A model generated the notes under the pieces. The model ran no database searches. It was given only the letters and a program-made list of their open reading frames with translations, and had not been told where the DNA came from. A stretch of 64,000 nucleotides of DNA from positions 62,001 to 126,000 of the forward strand of contig NGBS01000299.1 in NCBI GenBank assembly GCA_002245135.1, written 5' to 3'. Both the position numbers and the translations under genes were made by a program. This document shows positions 13,217 to 24,277 of this stretch, in pieces; the stretch's first letter is position 1, and each line of letters starts with the position of its first letter. The DNA comes from Proteromonas lacertae. Its lineage: Eukaryota.

Positions 13217-15845
13217 TACAGTCTTAAGTATAGTCCAAGTATTCAAATCTTTAACACATGATTTAATAACAGTTTGAATAGATTTGGCTTGTTTTCTCAA
13301 GTTATCATTATCTTCAATATATTTAGCTGTTCTATCTCTCATTGCATCGATTTGATTGGTTATTTCTACATTAGTAGCAGTTGAATTAGTGTTATGATTA
13401 GTCATTAACGATCTACGCTGTTCTAAACAATTACCAACTATCGTAAAGTAATTTGTAGCTTCATAGTAAATCTTTCTAATTTCTGTTTTATATAATCCAC
13501 TAAATTGATCTAAGTCTTCACGTGTTTTACATGATGTAGTTACTCTTTGGTTGATTATATCATTTAATGATTGTTTCTGAGAAGCTTGGAATTGTGATAT
13601 TTGTGTTAATAAAGTATCTTGGAATGTAGATATTTGAGTTTGGATTTGTTCCTTTTGTTCATCTAATTTTGATTGGAATTCTGTTCTCTTATCAGCGAAT
13701 TGTTTCAGTAATGAATCTGTAAACTTCAATAATTCACCATCTACTGTTGTTAATACTGTTTTAAACTGTTCATGACTTGTAGAAATTTCTTTTTGTTGTT
13801 TTGCTAAAGTAGAATCAACTTCACCTTTCCAATTCTTCAAATCTTCATTAGCTTTATCAATCTTAGATTGTATTCTTTCAGTCAGATTAATAACCTCTGT
13901 ATCTAATGTAGTAATAGTTTCAGATAATTGTGCAATTAATGATTTAATATCTGATGATGTAGATACTAATGTTTCACTGTGATTCTCTATAAATTGAATT
14001 ATGGATGTTTTAATCTCTTCAACTTGTTGACTATGGTAATTACGATAATCTTGTAAGGATGTACTTAAATAATTCAATTTAGATTGAAATTCTTTACTAT
14101 ATCTATCTTTAGAATTAGCGTTTGTTTCTTCAGTTGACAAACCAGAATCAATCTTTTGTCTATAATCAACTTGATCTTCAATAGCAGCATATAAACTACA
14201 TTTCAATATTCCTGTAGTTTTATTAAACTCTTTATCGTTGGTTAAATGATTATCTAAATGAGCAGAAGATGTTTTAAACTCATCAGTATAATAGTCCAAT
14301 TTATTTTGACTCATAGTTTCGCTTTGTTTTAATGTTTCAAATTGTGACTGTACTTCTAATAATGATTTAGTCTTACTATCAATATCATTCTTTATTTTAT
14401 CATATTCTGATTTATCAATTGTTGTTCCTTCTTTACCTATTTGAGCAGATATCATTTTATGTAAATCGTTAATCTTCTTTGCATAATCCAATATCATTGC
14501 AGTCATTGTAACCTTTTGATATACAGTTGGATGATTCTTAATTGATTTAGCTCTAAATGCATATTCTAATGCAGTTACAGTCTGTTCTAAGGATAATTGT
14601 GATGGTGAAATAGTCGTTATAACGCACGTCTTTGAATTACCACCTAATGATTCTTGTAATATTCTTGTCAATTTACTATCTCTATAAGGTATTCTAGTTG
14701 CTTTATCAGCTAATGCTGTTATTACACTTCCTAATGTGACTAAAGATCTAGCTATATTCTTCTCATCTCTTGCTCTTTGATGTCTTCTTCTTGTCAATAA
14801 ATCACTATCAGCACAATCACAAAAGTTCAATTTACCTACTCTACTACATGTTTCACCATCAGCTGTTTTTTCTTTTGAATATATTGAGATGATTAATATT
14901 CCTGTTGTTTTACCTGATAAGGATGGATTGGTAGTGCTTTGCTTTCTTTTGGATGCATCTTTGTAATACATTAATGCTGTCTCTTCATCTGGTATATCTT
15001 GCTCTGTTAATCCTTTCATTATTACACCTTTATCTGGATCGTCTTGAACTGTTACAATATTACCATCTTTGAGTAAATCATTGACTACTTCTGCTACTAT
15101 TTCTACATAGGACATTTTTACAGTGTATTCAGCACCTCTTCTGTTTAAACTGTCGAAAATTAAGTGGAATGATCGAGGAATAATACCTTTATTAACTGGA
15201 TCATCTAAAACACCTTCTAATGTATGTGTCTTACCTGTACAATTTGGACCAAATGCATATATAGTACCAGTGTATCCATTTAATACATCATTGACAATAC
15301 TTACAGCTGAGTTGTTAAAAACATCTGCTTGTGTCGCAAATTGTCCTAAAACTTTGTCATATTTGTAGGATCTTGTTGTTGCTTTGTATTGTACCATAAT
15401 CTCGTTAATTTCATTATCTGTTGATATAATCTTTTGTACACCTGCCTCTTTTTCTTTTGCATTAGGTTGTCTATGAAAAAAATAATTAAATAACTACTAA
15501 TATATTATACCTGCATCTTAAAACAACTCTAATGTTATTAGATTCATCATCATCTATTAAGATAAATTACTGCTCAAACATACCATTCTTTGGAGCTAGT
15601 GTACTTAAAGACAAACCTGTTCTTGGAAGATTCTCATGCTTAAGAATTGGCACTTCCTCAGTTAACAGTGAACCCTATTATTATATGTTAAAATTTAATA
15701 TACTCTTCTTGTCATAGCCTCAGTTGTAGTACCTCTAATTATCATAAATAAATAGATTATCATACATCTTTTTTACTCTTTCAATAGGCTTTTTTAGGTT
15801 TATGCCCTTTACAGTAGGTTCTGTGGCCTCCTCGCTTTGATTCAT
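12567..15845 (-). CDS. Kinesin-5/BimC-like protein with degenerate switch I/II, long coiled coil, Pro-rich DPF-containing tail
   Basis: NIRVVLRCR, YDKVLG, GYTGTIYAFG, VKMSYVEI, IPYRDSKLTRILQESLGGNSKT, TALEYAFRAKSIKNHP; about 5 introns; two 1-nt losses in a repeat at ~12715-12750 hide the true C-terminus, which ends GEDPFA* at 12567. Confidence 0.85.
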
Positions 15846-16067
15846 TAATAAAAAGATTGAAGAAAGAATCAAACAAATAGTATAGAAAGTCTATTTATCT
15901 CTGCCTCGCTTGGGGAAGTTTTGGTTAAAGATTCAAAAAATTTAAAATGAAAAATATCTTTCTTTTGATATTTGTGTTTAACCTGTCCACTTGTGTATAT
16001 CTTTGTGTTAGTTGTTTATGTTTCAATATTTTAATAGATTTAAACACAAACACAGTGTTAGAAAGTC

Positions 16068-16935
16068 CTACTTAATTATTGAATAACCATTGTCGATGTT
16101 AATCACTTGACCAGTAATACCTTTGTTCAAATCACTACATAAGAAACAACATAGCGATGCAATATCATCTATTGATATCTTATTCTTTAAAATCATATTA
16201 TTCTCATATTTCTTTGACAAATCATGAAAGTGAGGAATACCATGAGCAGAAACAGTGTTTATAGGACAAGTATTAATACAATTTACTTTAGTACCTTTGC
16301 TTCTTCCCAAATCATTTGCTAAATACTTCATACAACACTCTAATGATGCTTTACAACTACCCATTAAGCCATACTCAGGTATAACACATTGACTTCCAAT
16401 AAATGATAAACATAGCAAAGATGATTTGGTTGATAATAAAGGATAAAACATATTTGAAAGTTGAATTAATGAATATGAACTTATTAGATGAGATTTTATA
16501 TATTCATCTTTTGTAATTTCATGAAATTCTTTCTAATAAGCAAAAAATAATACTAAAAATATACTTTTAGAGATGATGGAGGAGTAAATGCAACAGAATG
16601 AAGTAAACAATCAACTGAGTTTAATCTACTCACTATACAATTACAATATAAACTATACATAAAGGTTTAAGAGAATTATTATCACTCTTTTCAAAATCAA
16701 AAGTGTATATCTCTTTCACTTGGTCTCTTTCCTAATATAACTAAATCAAATTATTCTTTTATACATCCTTTGATAATGATTTCTCAATTATATTCTCTAA
16801 TTTGTCTTTAATCTTTATATTTTGAACCAAACAAACAACTTCAGCTTTTTCTTTTATAAACTGCTTGAAAATGCCATAAGCAATTGAATGGCTATTATAT
16901 ATTCCTGAAATAACAGCAACTTTATTATTTAACAT
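16068..16935 (-). CDS. fabI: FabI-type enoyl-ACP reductase (SDR superfamily), 3 introns
   Basis: MLNNKVAVISGIYNSHSIAYGI; LLHSVAFTPP; ISSYSLIQL; SFIGSQCVIPEYGLMGSCKASLE (YxxMxxxK); VNCINTCPINTVSAHGI; ITGQVINIDNGYSI. Confidence 0.82.
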
Positions 16936-16998
16936 TCAAATCCCATATTTATTTTGAATTAGAATTAGATTTTTCGATCAAAATAGAAATGAATCGAA

Positions 16999-18366
16999 AT
17001 GAAATTTTCACAAATCGTAGCAATGTACATAATATCACTAATAGCATGTTTATGTTATTTATTTGTATCAGCTGAAGATATAAACCAACAGATGTATCAT
17101 TAATCTAGATAATATTTTACTATTAGAAACCAAAATAATCTTGGAAAGAATAAACTCAGAAGAAATCTTTCTGACCATCATGAATCAACATATTACAGAA
17201 AGAGTAGCTTTGAAAGTGGAAGTAATATTGTTATAAAAACAAAAATACCTCCATATTCTATGTATCCGCAATATTCATACTTCAATCGACATACATTTTC
17301 ATGTAATTATTCATTCTACTCAGGAGATGAAAAATTTCAATATGAAGTTATACCAAATCGAAATGATAAAAACACTTTAATAATTGGAGTTGCAGTAAAC
17401 TTAAACTATGACAGACTAAAAAATGTAATTGTATCTTTAAGAAAAACTGGTTATAATGGTAAAATAATAATCATGAAACCAATGAATGGTGATGAAACAT
17501 ACCATTATAATATATACAAAGTTAAAATAATCGCATTGAATGAAATATATCCATTTTATCCATCAGATGAAGTAGAATATCCAATACCAAACGATCTATT
17601 AATGACATTACCACAAACACTTCCACAAAAATCATTTTTCTATTGGCATACGATAAGATTTTTGTTATTAAACTTATTCTTAAAAGTTCATAATAACAAA
17701 TTCACTTATATTCATACTCTTGATTTAAGAGATTCAATATTTCAGATTAATCCGTTTCATTGGAATTATCCATCAATAGGAGTGTTTGTTTTTGAAGAAT
17801 CTAGAAGATTCACTGTCAGAAGTAACAAATATACAAACTTATGGGCTGAATCTTTAGGTGTTCCAAAAGAAATGTATTCAAACACCAATATTAACGTTGG
17901 AAATTTATTTGGATCTGCTAAAGAACTGAGTGATTTTGTAAGTGGATTTTGTGATGAAATTATACGAAATCCTGAGATAATACTTCGAACATCTGAACAA
18001 ATGATTATTAATGCATTTTACTATCTTCATAATCCATTTCCTTATCCTGTATATTTCAGCAGAAATGAAATGGGAATGGCTAGAAACTTTTGTCAGGACT
18101 TAGAAACTGACCAATTTAATTTTTATCCTGATCCACAGATTCATTTGGTTAGAAACATTGATGGTACTATTCCATGCATACTACATCAGTATGAAACTGC
18201 AATAAAATTACCACCAACACAACGAGGAAATGAATATATAAATGTTGTTAAAAAATGTGTTCAACCTCATCAACCATACGATTATCTATCCAAAAGGGTT
18301 GAAAATGAATTAAAATTTATAATGCACTTGTTAAAATATAAAATTTGTTTGTGTTTCATTCTATAA
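16999..18366 (+). CDS. Secreted or type II membrane GT-A-like glycosyltransferase candidate (1 intron)
   Basis: Hydrophobic N-terminus MKFSQIVAMYIISLIACLCYLFVSA; motifs SLRKTGYNG, RFLL, DLRDSIFQINPF (DxxD), INVGNLFG, EQMIIN, ILHQY. Confidence 0.6.
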
Positions 18367-18641
18367 ACTGTTATTCATTCCATAAAAGCTAAAAGGGTAA
18401 TACTTCATTGATATATATTGCATCTGTCAGCTGCATCACACAAAACTTAATTAATAGTAATCAAACAGATATCAAACCATCTTTAAAAACATTCAGTTAT
18501 CTGTGTACACATTGATTATCATATAAACTGTTTTTTTCTTTTTTTTATTTTAATTTTAAACATCAAATAATATATTTTTATTCGAATATTCTTCCAGAAA
18601 AGAAAAAATGAAATTATGAAAGTAATAATTACAACTTCTAT

Positions 18642-21600
18642 ATGCATGGAAAACCTTATCGTTTCTCAGATAACTCATTATTCCTATTTAATGTTGATAA
18701 CAAATTCAGAAAAGCAATAGTCTATATTATAACACATCCGTTTTTCGATTCATTTATTCTATTTCTAATTTTGGTTAATTCAGTATTTCTAGCTCTATCA
18801 GATTATTCATGTATTTTGATTGATCAAAATGTATTAAAATTATTCTATTGTATAATCTAATAATAGGAACCAATACACCATGGAATAGATCCAGTTACGC
18901 TAAAACCTTGTACATCTATCTCCAACGCACTTATGGATAATGTAGAACTACCTTTTACAATTATATTCATACTTGAAGCTGTACTGAAGATTATCGCAAT
19001 GGGATTTATATTTGAAAAAGGATCTTATCTTCGAGATGGTTGGAATTGGATAGATTTTATTGTAGTAATTTCAGGTATCTTAACAACTGTTCCAGATGTA
19101 CCAAAAGTATCATTTCTTAGAGCATTCAGAGTACTTCGTCCATTACGTAGTTTGAATAGATGTATATATATATATATATATTTATTTATTTATTTATTAT
19201 ATTTATTATTTACTAGTACCTCGAATGAAGATGATTGTTACAGCATTGTTATCTTCAATACCAGATCTAATGAATGTCTTAATTCTAGTCATTTTTGTTT
19301 TTGTTATATTTGGTATTTTAGGTGTAAATTTCATGAAAGGGAGTAATCATTTTAGGTGTAGATTAACTCCATATCCTATTGCAGTGAATGAATCACTGTA
19401 TAGCAGTTATACAGATTTAGAAATGGATTGGTATTTAGCAGGACAACCAACTGATCATATAGTGTATGATATAATTAATAATAGAGAGTTATATCCATAT
19501 TGTCATTATGATGGTAATATATCTGCTACAATTCCATTAGGTATGGATGAATGGGATCAAGCATCTTCGCCATGGAAGATTCCTCGTGTTTGTGTTTGGC
19601 CAACTGATCAGGATACTATTAGGTTATGTTCAACCAGTAGTGGTGGTGGTTATTATTGTCCTGATGATATGTATTGTGAATCAAACTATGATACATATGG
19701 TAATAAAAGGTTTATTGAAGATAAAAGGAATTATATGCAAGAAGCTGAGTTTTATGAAGAATTTGGTTATGGTTATCCAAAATATGACACTATATTAGAT
19801 GTAGCAATGCCTTTCCTTCAAACATTAACTGTTGAAGGTTGGACTGATTTGCTGTATATATTTATGGATAGTAATCCCGAATATATCCCATTAATATGGT
19901 ATTTAGCATTGTTAATAGTTGGTAATTTCTTTGTTTTAAACCTTACTACTTGCAGTTATTTCATCTAACTTTGATGCTGCTCAAGGTGATTTAAACACTC
20001 AAATTAAAATTGAGAAAGATTATAGGAAACAGCATTCGTCATTTATAAGAACAAGGACATCCCAATTGTATAATAAAGCTTATGATCAGCCCAATATAAT
20101 CAGAAGATATATTTATAGATTCATGCATAGTTCAAAGACAGAAGTTTTTATTATTCTTTGTATATTAATTAACACAATTACATTATCACTGGATATGTAT
20201 CCAGAAAGAAAAAATGTTTTACATACTGCTGAATATATTAATTTCATTTTAACAATGATATTTATATTAGAAATGGTATTAAAATTGATAGGAATGGGTC
20301 CTTTATTATGGTGTAAAGATGGTTTTAATATATTTGATGCTGTTATTGTTTTAATCAGTTTAGTTGAATTATCAATATCACCACCAAGTTTTATAAGTGG
20401 AAATGAAGAAGGTAATGGTTCAGGTGTATCTGCATTGAGAACATTGCGTCTAATTCGATTATTTAAATTAGCTAGATCATGGACATCTTTACAGGAATTA
20501 ATAAAGACATTAAGTAAATCTGTTGGTGATATTCTAAACTTTCTATTACTTTTATTGATTTATATATTCGTTGAAACTTTGATGGGAATGCAATTTTTTG
20601 CCAATCAGTTGAGATTCGATGAAATATCTGGTTATAAATTAGAGTTAGGAACTGTTGAATATGGCTATGGAGTTGTTACCTAGATGTAATTATGATTCTT
20701 TTCTATATGCTTTTGAGACTGTATTTCAACATTTAGCCATTGATAATTACAATATGGTAATGTATGATCAAAGAAGAGGATCTGGATGGGTTAGTGAATT
20801 TTACACATTCAATTTAATCATTATTGGTAATTGGATGTTGTTGAACTTATTCTTGGCTATTTTGTTGGGAAATTTTAATGGTGAAAATGAATTGAATAAA
20901 TCTAGTTCAACGACTACAGTCTTTAAATCGTTTAAATCAATGGCTACTACACTCAAGAATAAAATTTGTTGATGTTATTGTTGTTGTTGTTGTTGCAAAT
21001 CAAAGTCACAATCGATATCACCAGAAGCTTCATTATTTTCTGGTGCTGCATCTATATACCAATCACCACGAATGTCAATCGATAAGAAAAACAGTGATTT
21101 TAATATACCAGCAACAAACGAAAGTAATTTAATCGATAAACATAATTCTTTAATAAGTACAAAAACAAAAGGTTTATTGAAAGAAAACAAATATGGTAGT
21201 AATGTTGTTGCTAACAATACATTTTCGCCTACTTCACCAATCCCATCATATGATATGACAAGAATAAACACGAATTCTATTACCGAAAATAACAGTTCAG
21301 AAGATATTCGAACTATGAAAACAAAGAGTACTGCTGGTGATATTAGCGCAAGATCTCCTCGTCCTGTTATGCCTTTAGACAAATCTTTCATCCAGAAAGC
21401 TAGAAGTAAAGTAACATCTTCATTAAATCCGAGTAATGATTATGTAAATAAAAAAGATTCAGGAAATAATATGCCAAAATTAGATCCGAAAGCTAAAGAA
21501 ATACAATCATTAAAGCAAATGACAGCAACTGCATATTTAAAGAGAAAAAAACTAGAAGAGAGATTAAAAGAAAATGCAGATAAACCAATGAAATCAAGAA

Positions 21601-24150
21601 GATCTTTTTTCTTAACACCACAAAGTTCATACAATAGTTCAGGCAGTGATACATCTGTTGAAGATTATTTCATGCAAACTGTGACAGTAACTGATGAATG
21701 TGAAATAACTATTGAAGGAAAAGCTTTTTTTGTTTTATCCCCTGATAATTGGCTAAGATCACATGTCGCTGATATTGTTCAGAATAAATGGTTTGATAGA
21801 GTTATTTTGGTATTAATTGTTATAAGTTCTGTGTCATTAGCTGTTGATAGTCCATTGAATAATCCTAATGGAACTCTTCATAAAACATTACATATCCTAG
21901 ATATAGTTATGACTGCATTGTTTGCTGCTGAAATGGTAATGAAAATGATTACATTTGGTTTGATTATAGGTAAGACTACTTATTTTCATAGTGCATGGAA
22001 TGTTTTAGATTGTTTTATAATTATAGTATCAATATTAGCTTTATTACCAAATGTAAATGTTAGTTCAAATCTAACTGCATTGAGATCTTTGCGTACTTTA
22101 AGAGCATTAAGACCATTGAGAGTTGTTAGTAGATTTCCTGGTTTAAAATTGATTGTAAATGCATTAGTTGCTTCAATTCCTGGTATTATTAATGTGTTTT
22201 TAATTACATTTTTGGCTTTCTTAATATTTTCTGTGATTGGTACTAATTATTTCAAAGGTTATAATTGGGGATGTCAAGGTGAAAAGTATGATAATTTAGA
22301 TGATGAGAAATTAGAATTGATATTCTATCCTCGTTTATATTCAAATCTAACAGATGAAGAGAAATCTTGGGGATCTCGAGAAGGATATACAAAGAAAACA
22401 TCAGAAGCTGTTTGTAAATGGTTAGGATGTGAATGGAAGAATAGATATCATTGTCCAGAACATTATGACAATATCTTCCAATCATTATCTACATTTTTCC
22501 AAATGGTTACTACTGAAGGATGGCAAGATATGTCTTATATTGGAATAGATGGAAGAGGAATAGGAATGCAACCAATTCCTGAATCTAATAAGTATTGGTA
22601 TTTCTTCTTTATGTTATTTATTGTAATTGGTGCTTTCTTTTTCATTCAATTATTCGTTGGTGTAGTTATTGATAATTTCAATTCCATGAAGAGAAAATTG
22701 GGAAAAGATCATGCATTCTTAACAGATGAACAAAGAGAATGGGTAGAATTACAGGAAACTTTATTAGCTATGAAGTTAAGAAGACCGATGAAAAGACCAA
22801 AAAATAAGTTCCGACAAAGATGTTTCAATTTAGTAATATCAAAGGCATTTGATTGGTTTATTATGATTTGTATTATATGTAATACAATTTTGATGATGAT
22901 ATCTCATTTTGGTGAAGCAAAAGGTTTTTCACAAGCAACCGATGTTTTTAATTACATATTCTGTATTATATTTACAATTGAAATGATATTAAAACTAATT
23001 GGATTAGGTTTAAAACAATATTTTAGTGATGGTTGGAGTATATTTGATTTTATTGTTACAATTGGTTCTGATGTTGGAGTTATTTTAAAATTAACAAGTG
23101 ATAACAAGAATCTAAGTATTTTGTTGGTTGTTAGGACATTTAGAATTGGTAGAGTTCTTCGTTTAATCCAATCAGCCAAAGCTTTAAGGACTCTGTTTAA
23201 TACTTTAGTTTTGACACTTACCATCATTAGCTAATGTCAGTGGAATATTATTGCTATTTTTCTTCATTTATGCAATTATGGGATTGCAATTATTTGCAAC
23301 AGTACAACCAGGTGATTATGTTAATGATTATATGAATTTTAGAACATTTCCACGATCATTATTGACATTAGTTCGAAGTTCAACAGGTGAAGTGTGGAAT
23401 TTAATTATGTATGATAATGCTAAAACAAGCAATTGTAATAGTAATATTCAATATAATGAATCAATGTGTGGTTATAATGATTTTGATGGATGTATTCCAT
23501 TAGATGGTTGTGGTACAGATTTAGCTTATGTTTTCTTCTTTTCATTCACGGTTATTGTTGCTTGGATATTATTACAATTGTTTATCGGAGTTATTATGGA
23601 TGGATTTGGTGATGTAAATAGTGAAGAAAATGCAAAATTAACACCAGAACAGCATGATGAATTTGTAGAAGCTTGGAATCAATTTGATTATGATGCTAAA
23701 TGCTACATTCCTTTATCAAAGATAGAAGATTTATTTATGTTAATACCTCCACCAATGGGATTTGGTCCAAATGTTACTGGTCAAGATTTGAGAAGAAAAA
23801 TTGCTAATATGAGAATTCCTATGTATAAACATGGTAAAGAAGAAGCTCGTGTTTATTTTAGTGATGTTACTTTGGCATGTGCAAGACGTATTCTTGAAGA
23901 TGAGTTGAGAGAAAAGGGTGTAGAAGATATAGATTTGGATTTACCTATTGATCATAGAGCTAATAAAGCATGGAAAAAGAAGTTTAAGAAGATTAAAAAG
24001 ATTAGTGATTATGATATTGAATATAGTATTAAGCATTATCAGGGTCTTTATACTATTCTTCAAGCTTATCATTGTTATAAATTAAGAATTGCGTTGAAAA
24101 GCAATAAGTTTCAAGAAAATAATAATATTAATGTAGATTTATGTGTGTAA
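18642..24150 (+). CDS. Four-domain voltage-gated Ca2+ (Cav-like) channel alpha subunit; reading frame broken by three +1 shifts and one in-frame TGA
   Basis: Four S4 helices (FLRAFRVLRPLRSL; LRTLRLIRLFKLAR; LRSLRTLRALRPLRVV; VRTFRIGRVLRLI); pore loops TVEGW, AIDNY, TTEGW, TGEVW; III-IV linker FLTDEQREW; C-terminal EF-hand-like EFVEAWNQFD...PPPMGFG and IQ-like ILQAYH. Confidence 0.93.
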
Positions 24151-24277
24151 ATATAATATATATTTATAATCGAATATTTCTTAAATTAATTCCTTTTTAT
24201 AATAATTATTTTTCATTTTAAATCATTTTAGAAAAAACATTAAACACAAAAACAAAATGTTAAATACTTATTAATTT

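Noticed and set aside
19940..23234. Euplotes-style stop-codon-triggered +1 frameshifting
   Set aside because: Conserved channel motifs (LAVI, PR.N.D, LPSLAN) require the shift upstream of the stop codons, and there is no shared AAA-TAR context.
18642..24150. Cav gene as a pseudogene, or as several single-domain channels
   Set aside because: All four domains are collinear with intact S4 and pore motifs; the lesions match the indel pattern seen in unrelated genes.
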